Part shown: positions 49,401 through 59,798 of the stretch, in pieces
How positions within the stretch are numbered: the stretch's first letter is position 1
Layout: the number at the start of each line of letters is the position of its first letter
Notes under the pieces: generated by a model
Seen by the model: only the letters and a program-made list of their open reading frames with translations
Told to the model about the DNA's origin: nothing
Database searches by the model: none
Position numbers and translations under genes: made by a program
NCBI GenBank assembly: GCA_016786925.1
Contig: JAEUTU010000124.1
Coordinates: forward strand, 800 to 64,799
Direction of reading: 5' to 3'
DNA: 64,000 nt
Origin: Bacteroidia bacterium
Lineage (GTDB): Bacteria > Bacteroidota > Bacteroidia > 2-12-FULL-35-15

Positions 49401-52400
49401 ATGAAACAAACTACCCGATCAGTATTTTTTTTAATTGGCCTTTTGATCAGTGGCTCAGCGTTTTCTCAATGGACAACACAAGGAGCAGGCTTAACAACAG
49501 CTAACCGCAGAATTGTTGACATTGTTGCTATAGATCAAAGCACAGCATGGGCTGTAGCAAAAGACAATGCAAGCGCTTCTCCTTGTCGCGACTTTACCAG
49601 AACCACCGATGGTGGGGTAACCTGGACTCCGGGGATTGTGAATGCAGCGCCAACTACTTATGATTTTTCTAATATTACAGCAATTGATGCCAACACAGCC
49701 TGGGTGGCCATGTACAACTCTGCAGGATCGGGTGGCGGAATATTTAAAACTACTGATGGAGGAGCCAACTGGACGCAACAAGCGGCCGGACTTATTTTTA
49801 ACGGAGCAACCTCTTTTCCAAACATTATTCACTTTTGGAATGCGAATAATGGAATAGCTATTGGTGATCCTAGCGGTGGTTATTACGAAATTTATACAAC
49901 CAACAATGGCGGGACCACCTGGACAAGAACACCGTCTATAAACATTCCTGCACCGCAAGCCAGCGAGTATGGTATTGTAGACAAGTTTTCTGTTTATGGA
50001 AACACTATTTGGTTTCCAAGCTCTTTAGGCCGTGTTTTTAAATCAACAGATGCCGGATTAACCTGGACCGCCTCTGCGGCAGTAGCAGCAAATGCGCGTG
50101 ACCTTGATTTTATAAATGCAAACAACGGCTTTTTTACCGACACGAATGGTGCACTTTATAAAACAACCAATGGAGGATCTACCTGGTCGCAGGTAACACC
50201 TAACGGCACATTTCAGTTCGGTGATATAGAACACATTCCATATACTACAACCCTTGTTAGTCACGGAGCTTTAGGCTCTATTTATTCTAACGACAATGGG
50301 ATCAATTGGAGCAACATCGACAATCTAGCACATTATGCCATGACCTGGTATAATGGATCAACAGCATGGTCGGGTTCCATCAGCACCGGAGCCATCAATG
50401 GGATCAGAAAATACAATGGATCAACATTCATCAACAACATTCAAGGTGCAAGTTCTCAGGTGATCGGATACACTACCTATCAATTGCAGACCAACGCTTC
50501 CATTCCTAATGCTTTTGTGAAAAATTCAGATGGTTCTCTTTCTGCAGCATGGAACTTTTCATTAACAACTAATGCTGCTTATCCCGACAGAGGAGCCGGT
50601 TATAATTATTATGATGGTTCTACATGGCAACCAACCCCAACAGCTAGAATTGAAACAAACAGAACCGGATTCCCTTCTATTGCTGTAACCGCTAGTGGGG
50701 CAGAGGTGGTTGCAGCCCACGCAAGTGGTTTAACAATAACAAGACGCCCAACAAAAGGTACCGGTGCCTGGATAGAAACAAATTTAGGTTTTGCCGATTA
50801 TTGGCCACGATTGGTTGCAGGAGGAGCTGATGGAAACTCCATTCACATGATCTCCCATGCCGGTGGACCAACAAACATTCCTTTTATGGGACAAACAAGT
50901 CCCGTTACTTATTCCCGTTCATTGGACGGAGGTGTTACCTGGGATAAAATAAGAACTATCATTCCACAGATCGACTCTACTCAATACAAAGGCTTTTGGG
51001 GGGATTCGTATGCCATTGATGCCAGAGGAAACAACATCGCGATTGCAATTGCAGGCTTTGTAACCGATGTGATCTTATTAAAATCAACAGACAATGGAAA
51101 CACCTGGACAAAAACGATTGTAAAACAATTCCCGATTCCTTTTTACAATGAAGCAACCATGAATACCGACCTGAACACGGATGGTACCGGGGATCTAATT
51201 GAAACAAGCGACCGTACCATTTCAGTTTTATTAGACAATTCAAATGTGGCGCATGTTTGGTACGGAAGGGGATATGTGTCTCAAAACCCTTCTACAACAA
51301 ACGTTTCTTATAATGTAACGGGTGATGCCATCATGTATTGGAAAGAAGGGATGACACCCAACAACCCGGTGGCAATTGCCAGCCATAAAGAGATCAACAC
51401 CGATGGTGTTTTAGGCTCTATTACATCCGGCTTTTATACACAAGCGATCACATCTCATCCTAGTCCGGGAATAGATGCCAGCGGAAACTTATACTTGGCT
51501 TATTCCAGTTTATATGATGGCAAAACAGAAAGCGGAAGTGTTCTCACAGGAAAAAGATACAGACACACGCTTTTAACAAGATCAACCAACGGGGGAACAA
51601 CATGGTGTCCACCATTGGATGTGATCTCACCGGAAGATGTTTCGGGTGCTTATGATTATACCGAAGGTGCTTTTGCTGCTATGGCGAAAAATGTAGATGC
51701 CAACGTTCACCTAACTGTTTTAAGAGACGCTTCAACCGGTCATGGGGTTGGTGTTCCGTCAGATGCACAGGCGGACACACTTGCAGAGGTGGTTTACCAC
51801 AAGATCCCTGTAACATCTATTTGTTCGAACAACCCTATTTCAATGATGGTTGGAACAACAACTCAAACCGATGTTTCCTGTTTTGGAGGTAGCAATGGCC
51901 AAATAACAGTTTCTGTAGTTGGTGGAGTTCCTCCATATACCTATAGCTGGAATACCAACCCTGTTCAAACGGGCGCAACAGCAAGTAATTTAACACAGGG
52001 AACGTATATGTGTACGGTGACCGATAATTCCGGACAAACCTATTCTGCTATTGCTACGATCACTCAACCAAGTGCGCCACTTTCGGTTTCTTTGTCTAAA
52101 ACAAATACCAATTGTGCAGCTACTGACGGATCGATCACAGCCACAGTAAGCGGTGGTAGCGCTCCTTATACTTACTTATGGAGCAACGGTTTTACAGGCG
52201 GAAACACAGCGTCTAATTTAGGTGTTGGAACCTATTCGGTTATTGTTACTGATGCCAGAGGATGCTCTGTTACTTCTGTTTCAACAACCATTGGTATTAT
52301 CCCTGCAAATTATGGATTAGACTTCTCTGCAAGTCCGCAAACAGGCGCAGCTCCATTGGCAACTGCTTTCAACAACAACACACCGAATTTATCACAATAC

Positions 52401-53870
52401 AACTTCACCTGGTATTATGGTGATGGTTCTTCAGCGAATAACAACAACACAACCTCTTTCTACACATACAACTTTTCCGGTTTGTATGATGTAACCTTGT
52501 TGGCAACCAACATTGCAAACGGTTGTAAAGACACGCTGGTAAAAACAGGTTATGTTTTTGCAACAGGTACCGGTTGTTCACATACTGCTACCATCGACCT
52601 TGCCGGTCCGGTTCAAGCTTGTGCGGGTGATTCTGTTCTGTTAGTTGCTTCAACGAACGCTGCAGCCCCTTATTCATTTGTTTGGAACATCAACGGAATT
52701 GCAATTGGTGGTGCAACAGATGATTCTATCTACGTTACTTCCAGCGGTTATTATTCTGTCACCATTTTGAAGAATGGTTGTCCAAAAACATCAACCGCAA
52801 CGCAGGTAATATTTAACACACCGCCTCCAACACCGATCATTAGTGCTGCTGGATCGATCCAAACATGTATTGGTGGAACCGTTACCTTAACAGCTTCTAC
52901 TATCCCGGGCGTTACTTATTCCTGGAACAGTGGACAAACCACACAAACGATAACAACATCAACAGCCGGAACATTTACGGTAACGGTTACTAATTCGGTT
53001 TCAGGCTGTAGCACACCTTCAGCAGCCTATACTGTTAACAACTCAACACCATACGTTCCTGTGTGTTTAGTAACGGTTGATACACTTTCTACACACAACA
53101 TTGTTGTTTGGGAAAAACCGGTTACCACACAGATCGATAGTTTCTATATCTACCGTGAAGTAACAACAGGTGTGTTCCAGCAAATAGGCGCTGTGGGCTA
53201 CGATTCATTAAGCGAGTATCACGACTATGGGGCGAACCCGAATACAACGGCATTTAGCTATAAAATAGCAGCATTGGATACTTGCGGAGGTGTTGGTGCC
53301 ATGAGCGATTTCCACAAAACGATCCACTTACAAAATTTAGGAAGCGGTAACTTACAATGGACCTTGTATGATATTGAGAATGCATCTAACCCCGTAACAT
53401 TCTACAGAGTGTATCGCGATGATCTGGGTACAGGAAACTTCCTGCCGATCACAACCACTATCCCGGGAGGCAACACCACTTACACCGATGTTGATTTTGC
53501 ATCCTTCCCGAATGCGGATTACAGAGTGGATGTAGCTTGGTCATATTCATGTACACCAACAAGAACAACCATCAACACAACACGCTCTAACATTAAATCA
53601 GCATCCTTGATCGGGATCAATGAAAATGTGAACAACAGCCAGTATGTAGTGTATCCAAATCCTGCAACGAATAACATTACTGTTAAATCATTGATGGGTA
53701 ACGAAAAGATGGTGTTGACCATTTACAATGCGATCGGTCAGCTTGTGTACATCAAAGCACAGGTAACAGGTTCTGAAACCATCAGCACCGAAAACATGCC
53801 GAGAGGTGTTTATACTATAACGATCCAAACGGAGAAAGGTGTAGCCTACAAACGCATCGTTCTTCAATAA
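49401..53870 (+). CDS. Very large secreted protein: N-terminal BNR/beta-propeller-like region, SprB-type and PKD/Fn3-like Ig repeats, T9SS C-terminal sorting domain
   Basis: 1489 aa with a signal peptide. Repeated GG.TW segments occur at the N-terminus. Two SprB-like repeats (CFGGSNGQITVSVVGGVPPYTYSWN ... ; CAATDGSITATVSGGSAPYTYLWSN ... ) sit mid-protein. The C-terminus VVYPNPATNNITV ... GVYTITIQT is a Por CTD. Confidence 0.75.
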   Translation: MKQTTRSVFFLIGLLISGSAFSQWTTQGAGLTTANRRIVDIVAIDQSTAWAVAKDNASASPCRDFTRTTDGGVTWTPGIVNAAPTTYDFSNITAIDANTAWVAMYNSAGSGGGIFKTTDGGANWTQQAAGLIFNGATSFPNIIHFWNANNGIAIGDPSGGYYEIYTTNNGGTTWTRTPSINIPAPQASEYGIVDKFSVYGNTIWFPSSLGRVFKSTDAGLTWTASAAVAANARDLDFINANNGFFTDTNGALYKTTNGGSTWSQVTPNGTFQFGDIEHIPYTTTLVSHGALGSIYSNDNGINWSNIDNLAHYAMTWYNGSTAWSGSISTGAINGIRKYNGSTFINNIQGASSQVIGYTTYQLQTNASIPNAFVKNSDGSLSAAWNFSLTTNAAYPDRGAGYNYYDGSTWQPTPTARIETNRTGFPSIAVTASGAEVVAAHASGLTITRRPTKGTGAWIETNLGFADYWPRLVAGGADGNSIHMISHAGGPTNIPFMGQTSPVTYSRSLDGGVTWDKIRTIIPQIDSTQYKGFWGDSYAIDARGNNIAIAIAGFVTDVILLKSTDNGNTWTKTIVKQFPIPFYNEATMNTDLNTDGTGDLIETSDRTISVLLDNSNVAHVWYGRGYVSQNPSTTNVSYNVTGDAIMYWKEGMTPNNPVAIASHKEINTDGVLGSITSGFYTQAITSHPSPGIDASGNLYLAYSSLYDGKTESGSVLTGKRYRHTLLTRSTNGGTTWCPPLDVISPEDVSGAYDYTEGAFAAMAKNVDANVHLTVLRDASTGHGVGVPSDAQADTLAEVVYHKIPVTSICSNNPISMMVGTTTQTDVSCFGGSNGQITVSVVGGVPPYTYSWNTNPVQTGATASNLTQGTYMCTVTDNSGQTYSAIATITQPSAPLSVSLSKTNTNCAATDGSITATVSGGSAPYTYLWSNGFTGGNTASNLGVGTYSVIVTDARGCSVTSVSTTIGIIPANYGLDFSASPQTGAAPLATAFNNNTPNLSQYNFTWYYGDGSSANNNNTTSFYTYNFSGLYDVTLLATNIANGCKDTLVKTGYVFATGTGCSHTATIDLAGPVQACAGDSVLLVASTNAAAPYSFVWNINGIAIGGATDDSIYVTSSGYYSVTILKNGCPKTSTATQVIFNTPPPTPIISAAGSIQTCIGGTVTLTASTIPGVTYSWNSGQTTQTITTSTAGTFTVTVTNSVSGCSTPSAAYTVNNSTPYVPVCLVTVDTLSTHNIVVWEKPVTTQIDSFYIYREVTTGVFQQIGAVGYDSLSEYHDYGANPNTTAFSYKIAALDTCGGVGAMSDFHKTIHLQNLGSGNLQWTLYDIENASNPVTFYRVYRDDLGTGNFLPITTTIPGGNTTYTDVDFASFPNADYRVDVAWSYSCTPTRTTINTTRSNIKSASLIGINENVNNSQYVVYPNPATNNITVKSLMGNEKMVLTIYNAIGQLVYIKAQVTGSETISTENMPRGVYTITIQTEKGVAYKRIVLQ

Positions 53871-53970
53871 GAATAAAAAGATCAAAAACAAGAAAGGAGC
53901 CATTCGGCTCCTTTTTTTGTCAATTGTATGGAGGATAATCTTCCGTTCAGAACAGCGTGAATATCCTGTA

Positions 53971-54498
53971 TTATTTGGTGGTAGGACTATTCATTTGTTT
54001 GCCCATTTTTTCGTATTCGATATCATTCGGTTCCCAGAGCTCTATTTTGTTTCCTTCAACATCCAGGATGTGTACAAATTTACCATAATCGTAAGTCTCG
54101 ATGGTATCTTGAATGCTAACACCCTCTTTTTTGAGTTGGCTGACCAGGGCTACCAGATCATTAACACGGTAATTGATCATAAAATCCTTGGTGGAAGGTT
54201 CGAAGTATTTGGTTGTTTCTTTGAATGGGCTCCATTGTGTAAAACCCTTTTTGGTGGAATCGGCACCCTGATGCCATTCAAAAACAGCACCGTAGGAATT
54301 GGTGTTTAAGCCCAGGTGTGTTTGATACCATTCACGTACTTTTTTAGGATCCTTGCATTTAAAAAAGATGCCGCCAATACCGGTGACGCGCTTTAAAGGC
54401 GTTTCAGCATTTTCATTTTTATTGATGACCGATTTAAAAGCAAAGCCCGATAAAAAGGAGGCAGCAATGATCAATATGATGGTTGTTTTGTTTTTCAT
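53971..54498 (-). CDS. VOC (glyoxalase/bleomycin-resistance/dioxygenase) family protein, secreted
   Basis: A signal peptide is followed by the VOC fold (GIGGIFFKCKDPKKVREWYQTHLGL ... VHILDVEGNKIELWE). Confidence 0.7.
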   Translation of the reverse strand: MKNKTTIILIIAASFLSGFAFKSVINKNENAETPLKRVTGIGGIFFKCKDPKKVREWYQTHLGLNTNSYGAVFEWHQGADSTKKGFTQWSPFKETTKYFEPSTKDFMINYRVNDLVALVSQLKKEGVSIQDTIETYDYGKFVHILDVEGNKIELWEPNDIEYEKMGKQMNSPTTK

Positions 54499-54548
54499 GA
54501 ATGAAGAATGGTGGTTGAATTTAGAGTTTCCCTTGCTTATTGAAACAC

Positions 54549-54821
54549 TTAAAATTGCTTATTTAAATTGTGATATTCAATTTTTGACATGTAGGGGAAA
54601 TACGGCAATGTTTCTATCAGCTCTTTTGTTTTAGCTTCATCTACATTTTGAAAAATTAGTACCGCATCCTTTTTTGAAACAGAAATAAAAAAGCTTTCCA
54701 AGATATTTTCATCTTTCCATTTGTTAACGAATTCCATTTCTTTTTTAGGTAGTTCAGGAGTGCTTTTGATGGTTTCTATTCCACTGTCTGACAGTGTAAT
54801 TAATGCGAGGATTCTGTTCAT
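54549..54821 (-). CDS. Hypothetical protein (90 aa)
   Basis: Short ORF with ordinary composition. Confidence 0.35.
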   Translation of the reverse strand: MNRILALITLSDSGIETIKSTPELPKKEMEFVNKWKDENILESFFISVSKKDAVLIFQNVDEAKTKELIETLPYFPYMSKIEYHNLNKQF

Positions 54822-54879
54822 GAGTTTTTATGGTTTTATTTTTAACGTTTTGGGGCTTGGCGAAGTGCGGGATTTTTAG

Positions 54880-55175
54880 CACTACACTTCAATCGAAGCA
54901 CCAAAGTTCAAATTTAGCACAAATGTTCATACGAAGCACTTCACCCCGCATTTCGCCAAACCCTTGTTATCGGCTGCCCTTCTGTCTGTCGTGGTCGGGT
55001 GTCTGCCGTGAGTTGTCGTGTCGGTTGTGCGGTCGGTGTATTTTTATTTTTTCAAAAAGAGGGGAAGAAAAAAAATGAAGTTTTAATCAGTCGGGAAAGG
55101 GCAAGCTCTTTTGCAAGTTTGGGTTTGAGTGTCGGCTTTGTGCGACTTGCAAATGTGCTTGCCTGTGTGATGGTT
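54880..55175 (+). repeat. GT-rich non-coding repeat, copy A (~300 bp)
   Basis: It shares ordered blocks with 60770-61090: AAATTTAGC, TACGAAGCAC, AAACCCTTG, GTCGG-rich tract, T-rich tract, CTCTTTTGCAAG..GGTTTG.GTGTCGGCTT ... TTGCAAATGTG. Confidence 0.7.
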
Positions 55176-55590
55176 ATTTTACAATCATTACCAAAGTTCC
55201 TGCAATAATCAAACCTGCACCAATGGCGGTTTTCAATGTCAATGTTTCGCCTAAAAAAATCATTGCCAAAATGATTGTCAAAGCTACGCTTAGTTTGTCA
55301 ATGGGTGCAACTTGTGATACGTTTCCTAACTGCAATGCTTTGAAATAAAACAACCACGACAAACCTGTCGCAATGCCCGAAATAACAAGAAAAATGATGT
55401 TTTGTTTTGACAACGTGTTAATTCCTTTCGCTTCGCCTCTCGTCAAAATAATTGTCCAAATCATTACCAAAATTACAACTGTTCTTATGCCTGTTGCAAG
55501 GTTTGAATTGATATTTGCCACGCCTAATTTCCCGAATATCGCTGTAAGCGAAGCAAACAAAGCTGATAGTATTGCGTAAATCCACCACAT
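55174..55590 (-). CDS. EamA-family (DMT) small transporter
   Basis: 138 aa with four TM helices forming one EamA domain. Confidence 0.65.
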   Translation of the reverse strand: MWWIYAILSALFASLTAIFGKLGVANINSNLATGIRTVVILVMIWTIILTRGEAKGINTLSKQNIIFLVISGIATGLSWLFYFKALQLGNVSQVAPIDKLSVALTIILAMIFLGETLTLKTAIGAGLIIAGTLVMIVK

Positions 55591-55594
55591 AGTT

Positions 55595-58018
55595 TTAAAA
55601 TTTATAGCTGTAACCCAAACGGATTACTTGTGTTTCGTAATAGTCGGCACTTGTATAAGAAAATCCGTTGCCTTGAATTTCTTTTTTGATAACCATTGTA
55701 TTTAACAGGTCGTTGGCGTTTAAAAACAATTCGCCTTTTCCTTTTTGTATAGATTTTTTAAGTCCTAAATCCAACGAAAAACGCTGTCCGATTTTTCCTT
55801 GCGGAATAATGTCGGGTGCTAAATAAACTGCCGTTACTTGCAATTCAAAGTTTTTCGGCAGATGAAAATTGTTGTTCAGTTTTACGTTGCCCGAAAAAAT
55901 GGTTTGCTTGTTTGCCGAAAAAGTATGCGGAACAGGATACAAATTTTCAACCGTGAAAGCATCAATTTGATTGTAATAAGCATTTGCGTTGATGTTGAAC
56001 GAATACCATTTTGCTATGTCTTGATTCAACACAATTTCCAAACCTGTATTGTGGCTTTTACCTGCATTTTGAAATATGGCGTAAATCAAATTGCTATTAG
56101 GCACAATGGTTGAAATTCGTGTGATTGTTGCATTTGCAAAACGATAATAGGCTGCCGAATAAAAATAACCGCTTTTCCAACTTGTTTTGTAACCTAATTC
56201 AAATGAGTTTGTAAACTGTGGTCGCAATGCAGGGTTGCCGACTTTAATAATTTCTGCATCATCGTATTTCGGGAAAATGCGAATGTCCACTTCGTTTGGT
56301 CTGTCCACTCTGCGGTTGTAAAACAATGACAATTTATTTCTGTCATTGATTTTGTAAGCCAAACGAAAATTTGGAAACGGTTGTATGTAATCATATCCGT
56401 CACTTGTGTAAGTGTTGTGATTTGGATTTACTTTGTAATCTATTTTTACATATTCTACTCGCAAACCTAATTCGGCTTCCCACTTTTCATTTTCAAAAAC
56501 GTAGTTTCCGTATAATGCAGGAATAACTTCGTTGTAAGTTGCCCAGCCGCCTGCATTGGTGTCTAACACCGAATTTGCACCTGCTTGAAAATCCATATTC
56601 GTTGGAATGTTTCTGTATCGGAATTTCACGCCTGTTTCAATTCGCCCGTATTTCAAAGGTTTGATGTAATCAACATTGAAATCATAAACCTGTTCGTCTG
56701 ACAACAATTTAAAAGCGTCCGTTCCTGTTGAAGTCGGCAAATAATTATCGTAAAAATATTTTTCATCTTCTCTGTGAAATGTATAATTGAAACCAACATT
56801 CAACAAATGTCCTGCTTGCTTGAATTTGTGCTGATACATTGCCGAAGCCATTGCCGTTGTTTTCAATTCGTCTTCCAAAAACTGCCACAAACGAAGTCGG
56901 GTTGATAAATCCGAATTGAAAAAAGGTTGGTCGCCTCTGTCAATTATTTTTTCGCTTCCGAATAAACCCGAAACGGTTAATGTATTTTTTTCATTAATAT
57001 ACCAATCAATTCCCGCTTTTGAAGTGAAATAATTGGTGTTGCGGTTTCGCTTTAATTGTTGTCTGATAATAGTTCCGTCATCGTAAGTTCGGGTTACAAA
57101 TTCGTTTTTGTCAAGTGTGTGTTTGTATAAATTATCGGCTTGAAAAAACGCATTTACTTTTCCTTTTCTGTAATTGAAAGAAATGGACGGATTGACTTTT
57201 GGCGTAAAAGTGTATTGCGGTCTTATCGTAGGCAAATTTTCTTTACGCACCCACAAAGCCCCTAAACCTGTTGTAAAACTAACCTTTCCGTTAAATCCCT
57301 CTTGTTTGTTTTTCTTCATTATGATATTGATAATTCCTGCGTTGCCGTTAGCATCGTATTTTGAGGACGGATTATTTATGATTTCAATGCGTTCAATAGA
57401 AGATGCAGGAATGTTGTCTAAACCTGTTTGATTGCCGAAACCTGTCATTGCCGTTTGTTTGCCGTCAATCAGTATAGTTACTTTATCGTTGCCACGAAGT
57501 TGCACTTTATTATCCTGCACCGTAACACCGGGCAGGTTTTGCATTGTTTGCAAAACAGAGCCTCCGCCTTGACTAATATTGTCTTCAACGGAATACGTTT
57601 TTTTATCCATTTTTCCACTTACATTATCAACTTTTGCAGTAACCACAACTTCGTTCAGTGTTTGTGTTTCCTCTTCCAATTCAATAGTTGCCACATTCAG
57701 AAATTCTGAAAGATTACCAACAAAAAGTGTTTGCTTTTTTGTAACGTAACCGATGTAAGAAATTTCCAAAAAATAATTGTTGGGTTTAATGCCCGCAAGC
57801 GTAAATCTTCCCTCATCATCTGTAACCGTTCCTGTTACAAATGCACTGTCTTTTTCTGTTTTCAAAACAATATTTACAAACGGCAAAGCCGATTTGTCTT
57901 TCTTGTCTTTTACAATGCCCGAAAGTGTAACCGATGATGTTTGAGCAAAAGAAACGCTGATTGAAAGTAAGAGCAACGCTTTGATTAAAAGCGTTGCTCT
58001 TAAAAAATTATTAGTCAT
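55595..58018 (-). CDS. TonB-dependent outer-membrane receptor with N-terminal carboxypeptidase-regulatory-like domain
   Basis: A signal peptide is followed by a CarbopepD_reg-like beta-sandwich (LSGIVKDKKDKSALPFVNIVL), a plug domain and a long beta-barrel ending in the aromatic residue F. Confidence 0.85.
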   Translation of the reverse strand: MTNNFLRATLLIKALLLLSISVSFAQTSSVTLSGIVKDKKDKSALPFVNIVLKTEKDSAFVTGTVTDDEGRFTLAGIKPNNYFLEISYIGYVTKKQTLFVGNLSEFLNVATIELEEETQTLNEVVVTAKVDNVSGKMDKKTYSVEDNISQGGGSVLQTMQNLPGVTVQDNKVQLRGNDKVTILIDGKQTAMTGFGNQTGLDNIPASSIERIEIINNPSSKYDANGNAGIINIIMKKNKQEGFNGKVSFTTGLGALWVRKENLPTIRPQYTFTPKVNPSISFNYRKGKVNAFFQADNLYKHTLDKNEFVTRTYDDGTIIRQQLKRNRNTNYFTSKAGIDWYINEKNTLTVSGLFGSEKIIDRGDQPFFNSDLSTRLRLWQFLEDELKTTAMASAMYQHKFKQAGHLLNVGFNYTFHREDEKYFYDNYLPTSTGTDAFKLLSDEQVYDFNVDYIKPLKYGRIETGVKFRYRNIPTNMDFQAGANSVLDTNAGGWATYNEVIPALYGNYVFENEKWEAELGLRVEYVKIDYKVNPNHNTYTSDGYDYIQPFPNFRLAYKINDRNKLSLFYNRRVDRPNEVDIRIFPKYDDAEIIKVGNPALRPQFTNSFELGYKTSWKSGYFYSAAYYRFANATITRISTIVPNSNLIYAIFQNAGKSHNTGLEIVLNQDIAKWYSFNINANAYYNQIDAFTVENLYPVPHTFSANKQTIFSGNVKLNNNFHLPKNFELQVTAVYLAPDIIPQGKIGQRFSLDLGLKKSIQKGKGELFLNANDLLNTMVIKKEIQGNGFSYTSADYYETQVIRLGYSYKF

Positions 58019-58446
58019 TACTCTTTTACTTCTTTAATGAAATTTCCGTTGCTGTCAAAAATCAGGTCTTTGCCTTTGATTTCTGCTTCGTAAGTAACAA
58101 CGCCTTTGCTGTCGGTAATTTTTGCAGTTTCTTTGATTTTTTGCCCTGCATAGTTTTTAGAAACATACTCTTTCGCTTTTGCAGGAAGTTCATCAATTTT
58201 GATTTCCACTTCTGTTTCAAGAATGTTTCCCGAAACGTCAATCAAAAGTGAATAATCCGTTTCATTAACTTCAAATTCCGCTTCGTAGTTGGCTTTTTCT
58301 TTTTCCCACTTAATTTCTTTTGCGTTAGGATAACTTTTTTGCAAAGTGTTTTTTACAACTGTCGGAACTTCTTTGTCCGAAACTTTTTGTGCGTTGGCGA
58401 ATGATACTGCGAACATTGCACCTAACAAGATTGCTGATTTCTTCAT
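58018..58446 (-). CDS. PepSY-like domain periplasmic protein
   Basis: A signal peptide is followed by two PepSY-like half-domains. This family commonly accompanies Bacteroidota two-component systems. Confidence 0.55.
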   Translation of the reverse strand: MKKSAILLGAMFAVSFANAQKVSDKEVPTVVKNTLQKSYPNAKEIKWEKEKANYEAEFEVNETDYSLLIDVSGNILETEVEIKIDELPAKAKEYVSKNYAGQKIKETAKITDSKGVVTYEAEIKGKDLIFDSNGNFIKEVKE

Positions 58447-58502
58447 TGCTTTTGTATTTTAAAATTTACAAGGGCAAAGGTGAAAACCGAATTAGAAGAA
58501 AA

Positions 58503-59798
58503 TTAGAATTTTACAGCAAACGAATGAAAATTGTTTTCAAAAGCGTAATTTATTTTCCATTGATAGCGGTTGCAAATTTCTTTTACGATTGCTAAACCTA
58601 AACCGCTGTTGGTGGTTTGTGAAGATGAAACAGCAAAGCGTTCAAATAGTTTTTCGTTGTTCAATGGTGTTTTTCCTGTGTTGGAAACGGTTAGTGTTTT
58701 GTCCGAAAAACTGATTTGTATTTTTCCTTGTTCGGTGTTGTGAATAATAGCATTGATAAGCAAATTATTGACAAGAATTTCAAGCAAAGTTTTGTTGCAA
58801 GTAAGGGTTAGTTTTTCGGAAAGGTTTTTATCAATGGTAATTTGTTTTGTTGTGGTGTAATCAATCAACAATTCAAGCGTTTCGTTTATTATTTCGGTCA
58901 ATTCAATGGTCTCAATTTCTGCAAATTGGTTGTTTTCAATTTTTGCCAACAGCAACAAGTTTTTATTTATTCTTGTCATTCGGGAAAGCGGTAAATCAAT
59001 CGCAGTCAATAATTCCGCTTGTTCGCTTGTAATGTTTTTGTTTTGCAACAACAAATTCAACTTTGATTTTAGAACTGCCAAAGGTGTTTGTAATTCGTGA
59101 GAAGCATTTTCAATAAATGTTTTTTGTTGGCTGTAAACAGAAATGTTTTTATCAATCAATTTTTGCAACGACTGATTGAGTTCCGCAAATTCTTCAATAT
59201 CTGTCTTGTCAAATGAAACGGTTTGCTGTGTAGTCAAATCAAACGATTTTAATTTTTCAAGTGTGTTGCGGAAAGGTCGCCAAATTTGTTTGGCTATCTG
59301 TCTGTTTAGAAGTATAAAACCGATAACCAACAATGCAAAAAATAAAAGTGTTACAACCGCAATCGCAAACATTGTTTCGTCTGTTTCTTCTACATTGGTT
59401 TCAATTTGTAAATGATATAGTTTTCCGTTAATGTTGATGTAAGATGAAAGCACCCTAAAACGGTCAATCTCGTTATGTTCAACATATCTGTTTTGTTTTG
59501 TAATAGTATAGGTGCTGTCAGGCTTTGGAACGGATAAATCGATTGGTGTTAGTATGGTGCTGGGTTGTAACTTGTCCCAATTTTTAATCAAACTATTCAA
59601 TTCGCTTTCTTCTATTTGAGTATTATTAAAACTGTTTTCAATTCGTTCCTTAACAATTTGGTTGTGTTCGTCCAATTCATCAAGCCAAATAAAATCTACT
59701 ACCAAATAATAAACAGGTATGCTACACGCTAAAATAATTAAGGCATAAATCGTAAATGCTTTGAATGGTTTGTGTAACAGCTTGCTCATATTTCCCAT
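58503..59798 (-). CDS. Sensor histidine kinase
   Basis: Two TM helices flank a periplasmic loop. The H-box is ASHELQTPL, and the HATPase G2 box is NTGKTP ... GLGLAIVKEI. Confidence 0.85.
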   Translation of the reverse strand: MGNMSKLLHKPFKAFTIYALIILACSIPVYYLVVDFIWLDELDEHNQIVKERIENSFNNTQIEESELNSLIKNWDKLQPSTILTPIDLSVPKPDSTYTITKQNRYVEHNEIDRFRVLSSYININGKLYHLQIETNVEETDETMFAIAVVTLLFFALLVIGFILLNRQIAKQIWRPFRNTLEKLKSFDLTTQQTVSFDKTDIEEFAELNQSLQKLIDKNISVYSQQKTFIENASHELQTPLAVLKSKLNLLLQNKNITSEQAELLTAIDLPLSRMTRINKNLLLLAKIENNQFAEIETIELTEIINETLELLIDYTTTKQITIDKNLSEKLTLTCNKTLLEILVNNLLINAIIHNTEQGKIQISFSDKTLTVSNTGKTPLNNEKLFERFAVSSSQTTNSGLGLAIVKEICNRYQWKINYAFENNFHSFAVKF

